IMG/VR virus record: IMGVR_UViG_3300020456_000005
Reading direction: 5' to 3' (one strand)
From: a virus
DNA: 64,000 bases
The position numbers and the translations under genes were made by a program. The notes under the pieces are model-generated. The model was not told the DNA's origin. It searched no databases and saw nothing but the letters and a program-made list of their open reading frames with translations. Positions 9,951-19,970 of the stretch are shown here, one piece after another. Each line of letters opens with the position of its first letter. The first letter of the stretch is position 1.

Positions 9951-10664
9951 ATGGAATTTCAATATCCAAATGAATTTGATTTTATGGAAGGCATAGATGC
10001 CTTTCCTGCATATGTCTATAAAACAAAATTTGATTTTAATTTTAAATCATTTCAATCTAAAGTGGATGAATACTTAAAAGCATCAAAAGAACTTTCTACA
10101 GAAAGAGGTTGGAAAGATCCTGAGCATGGTGATGCTATTACTGGGGTTCATTTCAATAACACTGAAGAATTTAAAGTAGAAACAGATTGGGATGTTCCAC
10201 ATAATTGGAAAGAATTTAAAGAATTTTTTGACTTTGTTGAGTACGTAACTCCATTCTTAATGAATACATGGTTCAAAGCTCCGCCATGCCATATGCATGT
10301 TTCGGAATCTTGGATTAATGTACATAGAAAAGGAGGGTGGACAGAACCACACCATCATCAAAATGCATGTATTGCTATTGCAGCTTATCTAGAAGTTCCA
10401 GAAAAAAGTGGGAACCTTCTAATTGAAAATCCACTAAGACCATATAAATGTTCAGAACCTCTAGCTCAAAATAGTACTGATCTTATCTGGGGACCTATTG
10501 AAGTAGAGACAAATGATGTTTTATTTTTTCCTGGTTGGTTAACTCACAAAACTGAATCAAATCCTATTGACAATCCTCGCTATGTTCTTTCAACTAATCT
10601 AGCAGTATTGAATGGTTTGAAGAGCAAACCTACTTGGCATTACGAAGGTAGGAGAGATAAATAA
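9951..10664 (+). CDS. Putative 2OG-Fe(II) oxygenase
   Basis: SWIN..HHH, FFPGWLTH, RYVLS.N metal/2OG-binding pattern. Confidence 0.8.
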   Translation: MEFQYPNEFDFMEGIDAFPAYVYKTKFDFNFKSFQSKVDEYLKASKELSTERGWKDPEHGDAITGVHFNNTEEFKVETDWDVPHNWKEFKEFFDFVEYVTPFLMNTWFKAPPCHMHVSESWINVHRKGGWTEPHHHQNACIAIAAYLEVPEKSGNLLIENPLRPYKCSEPLAQNSTDLIWGPIEVETNDVLFFPGWLTHKTESNPIDNPRYVLSTNLAVLNGLKSKPTWHYEGRRDK

Positions 10665-10678
10665 TTAACGGTGCGGTT

Positions 10679-10855
10679 ATGGAAATGAGATTAAATACTT
10701 GCGACATTTATCGTCTTAAGCAAGCATGTAAATTGTATCAAGAGAAGACTGGATCTGAATGGATGTGGGAACAATATGATGATCTGATTCAAAAACTTCA
10801 TGTATATCATGAGGAATATTGCGCGGATCAGGAGTGTATGAGGAAAATCTGTTAA
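10679..10855 (+). CDS. Small hypothetical protein (58 aa), not in ORF track
   Basis: Manual translation MEMRLNTCDIYRLKQACKLYQEKTGSEWMWEQYDDLIQKL...; fills the gap. Confidence 0.6.
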   Translation: MEMRLNTCDIYRLKQACKLYQEKTGSEWMWEQYDDLIQKLHVYHEEYCADQECMRKIC

Positions 10856-11079
10856 ATCAATTAAACGCAGAGTGTACTAAACTTTGGTGGAAGTGGCATG
10901 AATTGTATTCAAACCCAGAAACCAGAAGATCTTCTGATGAAAAAGAAGCACGAAAAAACTGGTGTAAATCAGTTGACATACTGAGCGAAGCACTTAGTCT
11001 TGAATTCCTAACAAATCCACGGTACGATAATATAAAAGAACAAGAAAGTAGGGTAAATAGAGATAGATATAATAGTTGA
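10834..11079 (+). CDS. Hypothetical protein
   Basis: + strand ORF filling the gap; start uncertain. Confidence 0.5.
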   Translation: MYEENLLNQLNAECTKLWWKWHELYSNPETRRSSDEKEARKNWCKSVDILSEALSLEFLTNPRYDNIKEQESRVNRDRYNS

Positions 11080-11088
11080 ATAATTTTG

Positions 11089-11412
11089 ATGAAATTTATT
11101 ATTACTTTTCTAGCTACACTATTGTTTGCTGTTCCTGCATGGGCAGTAGATGTAACCATGGGTTCAAATGGTAATCTAGTTTTTGAACCTAGCGACATTT
11201 CAATTAAAGCGGGAGATACTATTCACTTTGTAAATGGTATGCTTCCACCACACAATATTATTGTTGAAGGAAGAGAAGACCTTTCTAGGGAGTCACTTAT
11301 GTTTTCACCTGGAGAATCACAAGATATTACTTTTGCAGATGCTGGCGACTACGAATTCTATTGTGCCCCACATAAGGGTGCTGGAATGGTAGGCACCATT
11401 CATGTAGATTAA
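11089..11412 (+). CDS. petE: Plastocyanin
   Basis: Signal peptide ending PAWA; Cu ligands PPHN and YCAPHKGAGM. Confidence 0.95.
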   Translation: MKFIITFLATLLFAVPAWAVDVTMGSNGNLVFEPSDISIKAGDTIHFVNGMLPPHNIIVEGREDLSRESLMFSPGESQDITFADAGDYEFYCAPHKGAGMVGTIHVD

Positions 11413-11416
11413 AGTC

Positions 11417-11641
11417 ATGGCTATAGGTCATCGTTTCAAGAAATTACCACCACCACCAAATTATGTAACTCGCGAAGAGGTACAGGAGATGATAGATGAT
11501 GCAATACGACAACATAATCGTAACGCTTCAATTATCAGTTTTTGTGTTGGTTGGGTTGTTCTTGCACTTTTTGCTGAGGGTCTTCTTAGACTTATTGGAG
11601 TGATACCTCCCTTACTTCCATGGCTGAAAATCACACTATAG
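11417..11641 (+). CDS. Small membrane protein
   Basis: EVQEMIDDAIRQHNRNASIIS plus TM segment. Confidence 0.7.
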   Translation: MAIGHRFKKLPPPPNYVTREEVQEMIDDAIRQHNRNASIISFCVGWVVLALFAEGLLRLIGVIPPLLPWLKITL

Positions 11642-11802
11642 AATGGATATGGGTTATAACCCTATTCATTATTGGTATAAGTTTATTATGCCAAGGATAT
11701 TTTATTATGACTGGTAAACATGGATACATCCATCACGAGCGTGAAAAACAAAAAATGTATAATGCTCGTAAACAAATTGAAAATTTATTAAAAAACAAAT
11801 GA
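11620..11802 (+). CDS. Small membrane protein
   Basis: One TM helix; ATGA overlap with gnd. Confidence 0.6.
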   Translation: MAENHTIEWIWVITLFIIGISLLCQGYFIMTGKHGYIHHEREKQKMYNARKQIENLLKNK

Positions 11803-12848
11803 AAGTAGGATTAATTGGGTTAGGTCGCATGGGCGAGGGAATGTCTCGTCGTATGATTAAGAAAGGGATTGAAGTACATGGGTATCGCAACAACTATACA
11901 AAAGCTCAAGAACAATATGAGAAGGGTTATATCAGTGGATGTACCACTTCTTTGGAAAACCTTGTTCAAGTAGTACACACTGCAACAGGTGTATTTACTG
12001 ATACAGCGAAAGTACCAGGAATCTTCATGATGGTTGTTCCTGCAGAAACCGTAGAGGAAACACTCAATGAGTTATTACAATTTTGTGTGGAAGGCGATAT
12101 TATTATTGATCATGGCAATTCCAATTTTAAAGACTCTAGACGCAGGGCAGAAAGGCTTGCTAAACTTGGCATCCAATATCTTGACTGTGGTACTAGTGGT
12201 GGTGTTTACGGTCTGGAGCGTGGATACTGTCTTATGGTTGGTGGTGCAAATCATGCAGTACAAACCTGTGCTCCAATCTTTAGGGCACTCGCACCAGGCA
12301 TTGGATCTGCCCCTCGCACAGACCCGCTTAGTCATGAGACATCTTCCGAGTATGGTTGGTTACATTGCGGACCACCTGGTGCTGGTCACTTTGTAAAGAT
12401 GGTTCATAACGGAGTAGAGTATGGAATTATGCAAGCGTATGCAGAAGGTTTCAACATACTTCATGAGGCTAATGCAGGAAGAGCTTATGTGGCTGAGGGT
12501 GATGCCGAAGTGGCTCCCATGGAACACCCCGAAGATTATTGTTACGACATTGATACTGTTGAGGTTGCTGAGTTATGGAGGCGTGGTTCTGTTGTTGGCA
12601 GTTGGTTACTTGATCTTACCGCTGATGTACTACGGCATGATCATGACGATCTCAACAAATTTGACGGCGGTGTTAGCGATAGTGGTGAGGGTCGTTGGAC
12701 TCTTCACAGTGCTGTGGATCTCGGTGTTCCCACTCCTGTTATCTCTGCCGCCTTATTTGAGAGATTTAATTCTAGGAGACTTGGAAAATATGCCAACAAA
12801 ATATTGAATGGAATGCGTTATATGTTTGGGGGGCATCATGTTAGGTGA
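11799..12848 (+). CDS. gnd: 6-phosphogluconate dehydrogenase (decarboxylating, short type)
   Basis: GLGRMG, IDHGNS, GTSGG, GHFVKMVHNGVEY, DSGEGRW, FGGH. Confidence 0.96.
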   Translation: MKVGLIGLGRMGEGMSRRMIKKGIEVHGYRNNYTKAQEQYEKGYISGCTTSLENLVQVVHTATGVFTDTAKVPGIFMMVVPAETVEETLNELLQFCVEGDIIIDHGNSNFKDSRRRAERLAKLGIQYLDCGTSGGVYGLERGYCLMVGGANHAVQTCAPIFRALAPGIGSAPRTDPLSHETSSEYGWLHCGPPGAGHFVKMVHNGVEYGIMQAYAEGFNILHEANAGRAYVAEGDAEVAPMEHPEDYCYDIDTVEVAELWRRGSVVGSWLLDLTADVLRHDHDDLNKFDGGVSDSGEGRWTLHSAVDLGVPTPVISAALFERFNSRRLGKYANKILNGMRYMFGGHHVR

Positions 12849-12966
12849 ATTTCTATTATGGATTGCAGCGCCCTTTGTATGTGCCACCCTCGCATTTGGA
12901 CGACTTAAAGGTGAAAATAACTACTACGAGACAGACAAATATGATGGAAACGGAACCGCTCACTAG
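12838..12966 (+). CDS. ndhP: NdhP-like small subunit of photosynthetic NDH-1 (42 aa), not in ORF track
   Basis: MLGEFLLWIAAPFVCATLAFGRLKGENNYYETDKYDGNGTAH: one TM helix plus Y.T D.Y.GNG(T/S)AH C-terminus as in cyanobacterial NdhP. Confidence 0.8.
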   Translation: MLGEFLLWIAAPFVCATLAFGRLKGENNYYETDKYDGNGTAH

Positions 12967-14284
12967 ACGCATAGTTATATTTGGTGCTACTGGAGACCTA
13001 TGTAAAAAGAAATTAATCCCCGCTCTCTACAAACTTTGGCAGAAAGATCTTTTACCAAAGGATATTTTAATAGTTGGTGCTTCTCGTAGAGAACACACTA
13101 GAGAATCGTGGTTAAATCATCTTGGTGATTATCCAATAGAATTTACTCATTGGTTAGACTTTAGATCTTGTGATTTGGATAACCAAGATAGTTTGCATAT
13201 TCTTCATGATGGAAGTGTAGATACAACTTACTTTTTATCAGTTCCACCAGAAAGATATGAAAATGCAATTATCAATCTTAAAGAAGCTGGGTTCTTGGAT
13301 GACCCAGATCACTCCCGCGTGGTTATTGAAAAACCCTTTGGGCGTGATTATAAATCTGCTGATCATCTACAGTCTGTGGTGGAGCGACATCTACGCGAAA
13401 AACAAGTTTATCGCATTGACCATTATCTTGGCAAAGATACTGTTAATAGTATACTTGCTACTAGGTTTGGTAATATTCTTCTTGAACCACTTTGGAACAG
13501 GCAATACATAGAAGAGATTCAAATTTATGCAACTGAGACTATCACATGCGATGGTCGTTCTCAATACTATGAGACTGCTGGTGCAGTTCGTGACATGCTA
13601 CAGAACCACATTCTTCAGGTTCTTGCACTCATTGCAATGGAAGCACCCTGTCGTATGAATGCTAGGGAAATCAGACGTGAGAAGACAAAAGTTCTTGCTG
13701 CGACTAGACTAGGTACAAATATTATTTTGGGGCAATATGATTCTTACCGTACTGAGCAGGGTGTTGATACTAAGTCTCACACTCCTACCTATTTTGCTGG
13801 TTCTCTGTTCGTTGATAACTGGCGTTGGGAAGGAGTACCTTTTAACGTCATGACAGGTAAAGCGATGCCTTATGGTTGCGTTGAAGTTGTTATTAAATTA
13901 AGAGAACCACCGCTAAAATTATATGAGGGAGAAGTCAAAGATCGTATCGTTATGCGTTTACAGCCTAATCCTCATCTTGACATCCGTATTGATATCAAAT
14001 CTCCTGGCTTATCTGATAATCTTGAACGCGCTACACTCACTCACCCGTATCCAGAAGACAGAGCAATTGACGGATATGAAAAACTTCTCCACGATTCAAT
14101 CAATGGAAACCAATCCCACTTTGTCCACTCCGAGGAAGTAATGGAATCTTGGAGAATTGTAGAGGATCTTTTATGTGTAGGTGATCATTGTCCTGTAAGG
14201 ACGACTCCATACTTATACAAAGAAGGGGTTTGGGGACCATCGCATAAAACGCAATTCATAACAAAATGGGATTATCCAGCATAA
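12941..14284 (+). CDS. zwf: Glucose-6-phosphate dehydrogenase
   Basis: FGATGDL, EKPFG, RIDHYLGK, RDMLQNH; start moved to ATG 12941/12944. Confidence 0.96.
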   Translation: MMETEPLTRRIVIFGATGDLCKKKLIPALYKLWQKDLLPKDILIVGASRREHTRESWLNHLGDYPIEFTHWLDFRSCDLDNQDSLHILHDGSVDTTYFLSVPPERYENAIINLKEAGFLDDPDHSRVVIEKPFGRDYKSADHLQSVVERHLREKQVYRIDHYLGKDTVNSILATRFGNILLEPLWNRQYIEEIQIYATETITCDGRSQYYETAGAVRDMLQNHILQVLALIAMEAPCRMNAREIRREKTKVLAATRLGTNIILGQYDSYRTEQGVDTKSHTPTYFAGSLFVDNWRWEGVPFNVMTGKAMPYGCVEVVIKLREPPLKLYEGEVKDRIVMRLQPNPHLDIRIDIKSPGLSDNLERATLTHPYPEDRAIDGYEKLLHDSINGNQSHFVHSEEVMESWRIVEDLLCVGDHCPVRTTPYLYKEGVWGPSHKTQFITKWDYPA

Positions 14285-14445
14285 AATTTTTTGTTAGAAC
14301 AGTAATGGAAACTCCTTGGTGCTTAGGTATCATGGGGTTTCTTCTTGTGTTTGTACCAATTATTGGTATCAGTTTGATACATAAATATGGTTGGGAACAT
14401 TGGGAACCTTTTAGTAATGAATCTCATTCTAAGACCCCTAAATGA
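14266..14445 (+). CDS. Small membrane protein (..METPWCLGIMGFLLVFVPIIGISLIHKYGWEHWEPF..)
   Basis: Manual translation; TM helix; start may be 14305. Confidence 0.55.
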   Translation: MGLSSIKFFVRTVMETPWCLGIMGFLLVFVPIIGISLIHKYGWEHWEPFSNESHSKTPK

Positions 14446-14563
14446 TGTCAACGATGTAACATGGAGCATTGTTCTGTGTTTGTTGATACTGTTAGCAGGG
14501 GTTACGTTTTACATATATACCATCATGCAATACGCTTTCAAGGAATTAGAAGATGATACCTGA
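14417..14563 (+). CDS. Small membrane protein (48 aa)
   Basis: Manual translation MNLILRPLNDVNDVTWSIVLCLLILLAGV...; overlaps both neighbours. Confidence 0.6.
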   Translation: MNLILRPLNDVNDVTWSIVLCLLILLAGVTFYIYTIMQYAFKELEDDT

Positions 14564-14756
14564 AGATCAAGAATGGAGTTGTCATCTGGATTTAGGAATT
14601 CATGACATTCGCGCATTGTATCAGGTGATTGATTACGCTCTTCAAACATGGCCAGGATCTCCTGCAAGACCTCCTGAGGAACAGGAATATCTTCATTACA
14701 TGAAAAAGCAATTGTTTGCCATGATTGCAGACTACACGTTTACAAACGTAAAATAA
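14553..14756 (+). CDS. Hypothetical protein
   Basis: WPGSPARPPEEQE motif; AGGA upstream. Confidence 0.65.
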   Translation: MIPEDQEWSCHLDLGIHDIRALYQVIDYALQTWPGSPARPPEEQEYLHYMKKQLFAMIADYTFTNVK

Positions 14757-14823
14757 TTCTTATACTTTTGTTACACTTTTTTTACCTACATACGGTATAA
14801 TATGGTTACCAAGAGTTTTATAC

Positions 14824-15117
14824 ATGGATAACGAATTCTCAGATTTTAAGTTAGAGAGGAAGGAGTGTGAGAAGTGTGGTGCCACATGGATTAATGGCAA
14901 ACATGTTTTTCGTGGCACTGGAGCTTCATCTGAAAATAGTGAGCTTGATCTTGCTGGTCTTGTATGCAATAAGTATGGTAATGAACAATGTATAAATCCC
15001 AAGAAAGGGCAAGAGGGTGGTCAGACTTGGGAATACCGTGCTGGATACATTGATGGTGTCTTTGCAGAAAAGAAAAAGCAAATGGAAGATATGCGTGATA
15101 AATTTGGAGACCTCTAA
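14824..15117 (+). CDS. Hypothetical Cys-containing protein
   Basis: C..CGATWING, DLAGLVCN, CINP. Confidence 0.7.
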   Translation: MDNEFSDFKLERKECEKCGATWINGKHVFRGTGASSENSELDLAGLVCNKYGNEQCINPKKGQEGGQTWEYRAGYIDGVFAEKKKQMEDMRDKFGDL

Positions 15118-15142
15118 ATACTAGTAGTGAACTAGTTTTGTT

Positions 15143-16792
15143 GTGTCATCCAACGATATTTACTTGGGGAACCCGAACCTAAAGAAAGCGGGAACCCCAA
15201 TACAATTTACACAAAAGCAAATTAACGAGTGGATCAAGTGTAAGAATGATCCCATTTATTTTGCAATGAATTATATTAAGATCATCTCGCTGGACGAAGG
15301 TTTGGTTCCCTTCAGCATGTATGATTTTCAAAAGGACATCCTTAGAGATTTTCACAACAACAGATTTAACATTGCAAAACTCCCAAGACAGACAGGAAAG
15401 TCAACCACCGTTGTTGCTTATCTACTTTATTACGCTATCTTTTACGACAGTGTTAACATTGGCATTCTGGCTAACAAGGCTTCAACAGCTCGTGAACTCC
15501 TAGGAAGATTACAACTTGCCTATGAGAACTTGCCTAAGTGGATGCAACATGGTATCCTAGTATGGAATAAAGGTAATGTTGAACTTGAAAACGGATCAAA
15601 GATTCTGGCTGCTTCTACGTCTGCAAGTGCTGTCCGAGGTATGTCCTTTAATATCCTCTTTCTTGACGAATTCGCATTCGTCCCGAATCACGTTGCTGAG
15701 CAATTCTTTGCCTCTGTTTATCCTACTATTACTTCTGGTAAATCAACGAAAGTAATTATTATTTCTACGCCAAATGGCATGAACCACTTCTATAAGATGT
15801 GGGAAGATGCTAGACGTGGTAAGAATGACTATGTTACAAATGAAGTACATTGGTCTCAAGTTCCTGGTAGGGATGCTAAATGGAAAGAGGAGACAATCAA
15901 GAACACGTCACCGCGACAGTTTGCTCAAGAATTTGAGTGTGACTTCCTTGGTTCTGCTGACACATTAATTAGTCCAGCAAAGCTCCAAACTATTCCATTC
16001 CATGATCCCATAGCGAGTAATGCAGGACTTGATGTTTATACGAGAGCAGAAAAAGATCACGAATATATTATTACTGTTGACGTTGCCAGAGGTATCGGTG
16101 GTGACTACAGTGCTTTCATCGTGTTTGATATCACCAGTATGCCGTATCAGATCGTTGCGAAGTACAGAAATAATGAGATTAAACCTGTACTGTTTCCCTC
16201 GGTCATCTTCCAAGTAGCAAAGGAATACAACAACCCGTATATTTTAGTTGAGGTAAATGACATTGGAGACTCTATTGCTGCTACTCTTAATTACGATCTT
16301 GAGTATCCCAATGTCCTCATGTGTGCGATGCGTGGACGTGCTGGTCAAGTTGTTGGTCAGGGATTCTCAGGAAACAAAACACAATTAGGTGTTAAGATGA
16401 GTGTAACCGTAAAGAAAATTGGTTGCGCTAACCTCAAAGCAATTATTGAGGAAGATAAGTTATTGTTTAATGACTTCCAAATCTTCCAAGAGCTAACTAC
16501 ATTTGTACAGAAGAAACAAGCGTGGGAAGCAGACGAGGGATATCATGATGACCTCGTAATGTGTATGGTTCTCTTTGCATGGTTAGTCATGCAAGAATAC
16601 TTTAAAGAAATGACAGACCAAGATATAAGGAGAAGAATTTATGATGAACAACGTAATCAAATTGAGCAAGATATGGCTCCCTTTGGTTTTATTGATGACG
16701 GCATGGGTGATGATACCTTCGTGGATGGAGACGGAACCGTTTGGGAGTATGGAACGACACAGGAAGAAGTATCATACATGTGGAACTACTGA
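15143..16792 (+). CDS. g17: Terminase large subunit gp17
   Basis: PRQTGKST Walker A, LFLDEFAF Walker B, STPNG, DVARG, HDDLVM. Confidence 0.97.
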   Translation: MSSNDIYLGNPNLKKAGTPIQFTQKQINEWIKCKNDPIYFAMNYIKIISLDEGLVPFSMYDFQKDILRDFHNNRFNIAKLPRQTGKSTTVVAYLLYYAIFYDSVNIGILANKASTARELLGRLQLAYENLPKWMQHGILVWNKGNVELENGSKILAASTSASAVRGMSFNILFLDEFAFVPNHVAEQFFASVYPTITSGKSTKVIIISTPNGMNHFYKMWEDARRGKNDYVTNEVHWSQVPGRDAKWKEETIKNTSPRQFAQEFECDFLGSADTLISPAKLQTIPFHDPIASNAGLDVYTRAEKDHEYIITVDVARGIGGDYSAFIVFDITSMPYQIVAKYRNNEIKPVLFPSVIFQVAKEYNNPYILVEVNDIGDSIAATLNYDLEYPNVLMCAMRGRAGQVVGQGFSGNKTQLGVKMSVTVKKIGCANLKAIIEEDKLLFNDFQIFQELTTFVQKKQAWEADEGYHDDLVMCMVLFAWLVMQEYFKEMTDQDIRRRIYDEQRNQIEQDMAPFGFIDDGMGDDTFVDGDGTVWEYGTTQEEVSYMWNY

Positions 16793-17013
16793 TGAATATA
16801 GAGGATCAGTTCTCACTAGACCATCTGATATTTACCGAAAGGAAATGTAGAACCTGTGGTGTAACTAAAGAATTGATAAACGATTTCTATAAGATAAGAA
16901 AAAATAGAACTACTCCGTCAGCATATTCATATGAATGTAAAGAATGCACCAAGAAAAGAGTTCTAAAACGTAGAAAAACTGACAGTCAAAGATGGGAGTA
17001 TCCAGACTGGTAG
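16792..17013 (+). CDS. Small Zn-finger protein
   Basis: CRTC...CKEC; TGATG coupling to g17. Confidence 0.65.
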   Translation: MNIEDQFSLDHLIFTERKCRTCGVTKELINDFYKIRKNRTTPSAYSYECKECTKKRVLKRRKTDSQRWEYPDW

Positions 17014-17098
17014 TGAGTTCATGCATCGTTTCCCCTCTGAAGAAACCCTTTTGGATAAATAATTTCAGGTAAAATCGGAATTTCTAAGGAGATAAAAG

Positions 17099-19321
17099 AT
17101 GGCAAGTCAAGTCTCGCCTGGTGTTGTTTTAAGGGAACGCGACCTCACAAATACTACCATTGTGGGCAATTCAGCTCTAACAGCAGCTTTTGCATCATCT
17201 TTCCAGAAAGGACCAATCGGAGAAATCACATCTGTTTCATCTTTGAAAGAGTTTGTTGGTATCTTTGGTACTCCTTCGGAAGCAAATGCAGAAGACTGGT
17301 TAGTTGCATCTGAGTTCCTAGGATATGGTGGTAGACTAGCAGTAGTACGTGCTGAGTCCGCTGTCCTTAACGCAACTTCAGATGGTTCAGCAGTATTAAT
17401 TAAAAACGAAGCAGACTACACTTCAGGTGTTGGTGGTGCTGAAGTATTTGCAGCAAGGACTGCAGGAACTTGGGGTAACTCCCTTAAAGTTGTAGCAGTT
17501 GACCGTGGAGCGGATCAAATCCTAACACTAGCATCTGCACCAGCTACTACTGCAATGAATACTGCATTCACTACCGTAAGTGGAAAGGCAGGAAGAATTT
17601 ATTCTTGGGATGCTGCTACAAGTGAATTGGCAGTCATTCTTGACAACCCAGCATCACTCCTTACATCCGCAGAAGTTTTTGATGAACCAGGTGATGGTGT
17701 TGTTGCAGGAGTTACCCCAGCTGCATATGCAGGACAAGGTTCTCAAAATGGATCTCATGTCGTAGATCCAACTGGTGGAACTGGAACGGGTCTAAGACTA
17801 CAAGTTATCATTGATGTTGGTGGAAGCGTCACCAGTGTTACCATTGTTAATGGTGGTACAGGTTATGCTCAGGGCGATTCAGTTACATGTCCTGCTGCAA
17901 ACTTAGGTACAGGAGCTGTTGCTGATCTAACAGTTAGTGTTGACTCCGTATCTAACGATAACATCGCTATCACTTCAGTAAAAGATTGGTACACCAATAC
18001 AACTATTGCAGGAACAACTTTAAAACTTTCTGCTATTGGTCCACGTCCTGGTACATCACAATTTGCTTCTGATAGAGGTATTTCATATGATGAAATTCAC
18101 CTAGCAGTTATTGATGTTACTGGTAATGTTTCTGGTGCTGCAGATACAGTTCTAGAAAGACTAACATATCTTTCTAAACTAACTGACGCTAAGAATCCAG
18201 AAGGAGCATCACTATACTTCAAAGATATTGTTAATCTAGAATCTGAGTATATCTTTACTAGTGGAGCACTTGCAAATCTAATTGAACCAACACAAGGTGG
18301 TGGAGGAGAAGCATTAGGACAAGCATCTACTGCAATTTCTTCTGGATCTAAGTTGCTTCTAACAGCAGATAACATCTCCAATCTTTCTGGTGGTGCTGAT
18401 GATTATGCATATACTGCTGGCGAAGTAAATGGTGCATATGATCTATTCTTAGATACTGAAGCAACTACAATTGACTTCATTCTAATGGGTGGTTCAATGG
18501 GTAGTGAAGCAGATACTCTAGCAAAAGCACAAAAGGTTGTTGCTGTTGCAGCTGGTCGTAAAGATGCACTAGCATTTGTTTCACCACATAAAGGAAACCA
18601 AATTGGAACTGGCGGATCTGCACTCACTGCTGCTGATCAAAGAACTAACACCGTTAACTTCTTTAACGCAATTTCATCTACTTCATTCGCTGTCTTAGAC
18701 AGTGGTTATAAGTACATGTATGACCGTTTCAATGACAAGTATCGTTATGTTCCTTGCAATGGTGACATTGCTGGTCTTTGTGTTAACACTTCAGAAACAG
18801 TCGCTGATTGGATTTCACCTGCTGGTATGAATCGTGGCGGTCTCCGCAATGTAATCAAACTTGCATTCAATCCAAACAAAGCAGATAGAGACGAACTTTA
18901 TCAGAACAGAATTAACCCAGTCGTTACCTTCCCTGGTAGTGGAGCAGTTCTATTCGGTGATAAGACTGCACTTGCTGCACCTTCCGCATTTGATAGAATT
19001 AATGTTCGTCGTCTCTTCCTTAATATTGAGAAGAGAGTTGAAGAACTTGCTAAGGGTGTTCTATTTGAAATTAATGATGAAACAACTCGTGGTGGATTCC
19101 TATCAACAATCACTTCATATCTTTCTAGCATTGAAGCGCAGCAAGGAATTACAGATTTCCTAGTTGTTTGTGATGGAACTAACAACACAGCTGATGTAAT
19201 TGACCGCAACGAATTTGTTGCAGAACTATTCATCAAACCTGCTCGCTCCATCAACTATGTTTCAGTAACGTTTACTGCAACGAGAACTGGAGTTTCGTTC
19301 AGCGAAGTCGTTGGACGCTGA
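17099..19321 (+). CDS. g18: Tail sheath protein gp18
   Basis: SPGVVLRERDLT, SPAG.NRG, FDRINVRRLF, KPARSINY. Confidence 0.97.
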   Translation: MASQVSPGVVLRERDLTNTTIVGNSALTAAFASSFQKGPIGEITSVSSLKEFVGIFGTPSEANAEDWLVASEFLGYGGRLAVVRAESAVLNATSDGSAVLIKNEADYTSGVGGAEVFAARTAGTWGNSLKVVAVDRGADQILTLASAPATTAMNTAFTTVSGKAGRIYSWDAATSELAVILDNPASLLTSAEVFDEPGDGVVAGVTPAAYAGQGSQNGSHVVDPTGGTGTGLRLQVIIDVGGSVTSVTIVNGGTGYAQGDSVTCPAANLGTGAVADLTVSVDSVSNDNIAITSVKDWYTNTTIAGTTLKLSAIGPRPGTSQFASDRGISYDEIHLAVIDVTGNVSGAADTVLERLTYLSKLTDAKNPEGASLYFKDIVNLESEYIFTSGALANLIEPTQGGGGEALGQASTAISSGSKLLLTADNISNLSGGADDYAYTAGEVNGAYDLFLDTEATTIDFILMGGSMGSEADTLAKAQKVVAVAAGRKDALAFVSPHKGNQIGTGGSALTAADQRTNTVNFFNAISSTSFAVLDSGYKYMYDRFNDKYRYVPCNGDIAGLCVNTSETVADWISPAGMNRGGLRNVIKLAFNPNKADRDELYQNRINPVVTFPGSGAVLFGDKTALAAPSAFDRINVRRLFLNIEKRVEELAKGVLFEINDETTRGGFLSTITSYLSSIEAQQGITDFLVVCDGTNNTADVIDRNEFVAELFIKPARSINYVSVTFTATRTGVSFSEVVGR

Positions 19322-19360
19322 TTTTTCGTTAAATACTAATAGAAGGAGTAACTTAGAAAA

Positions 19361-19939
19361 ATGGCAATTACTAGCAACGTTTCAACTTTTTTAACACAGG
19401 TGAAGCAGGGTGTTAGACCTAATATGTTTGAGGTGGACATTTCGTTCCCCTCTGAGATTGCAGGAGACACATCACTTACAGGACTACTTTGTAAGTCAGC
19501 TGCATTACCTGCTTCAAACGTAGGTGTTATTGAAGTTCCTTTCCGTGGTAGAACTGTAAAGATCGCTGGGGATAGAACCTTTGATAACTGGACTGCAACC
19601 TTTATCAACGATAAAGACATGGCAACCCGCGCACGTTTTGAAGAGTGGTTGAACCTAATCAATACACACAAAGCAAATACAACTGCAGAAGCAGATCCAA
19701 CCGAATATTCAGCTTCAGTAATCATCAAACAACTTGAAAAAGATTCTACCGATGGTGGTAAAATTCTAAGATCATATAAACTGTGGTATGCATTCCCAAC
19801 TAGTGCATCTGCAATTGATCTTGCATATGATAGCAATGATCAGATTGAAGAATTTACAGTTGAATTCCAGTATTCATACTGGACTGTTGGAGATGATACT
19901 GAGACTACCGCTGGAGATAGCAATGCTGCGATCCTATAA
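19361..19939 (+). CDS. g19: Tail tube protein gp19
   Basis: RPNMFEV, FRGRTVKIAGDRTF, IEEFTVEFQY. Confidence 0.96.
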   Translation: MAITSNVSTFLTQVKQGVRPNMFEVDISFPSEIAGDTSLTGLLCKSAALPASNVGVIEVPFRGRTVKIAGDRTFDNWTATFINDKDMATRARFEEWLNLINTHKANTTAEADPTEYSASVIIKQLEKDSTDGGKILRSYKLWYAFPTSASAIDLAYDSNDQIEEFTVEFQYSYWTVGDDTETTAGDSNAAIL

Positions 19940-19942
19940 ATA
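19935..19942 (+). promoter_or_regulatory. Late promoter TATAAATA
   Basis: Exact consensus upstream of g20. Confidence 0.7.
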
Positions 19943-19970
19943 ATAGGAAGCGTACAGTTGAAAAATTATC

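Noticed and set aside
12845-12940. N-terminal extension of zwf in the ORF track
   Set aside because: Not G6PDH-like; the region encodes the NdhP-like ORF in another frame
16792-17013. Homing endonuclease next to g17
   Set aside because: Only a short Zn-finger; no HNH or EndoVII catalytic domain follows
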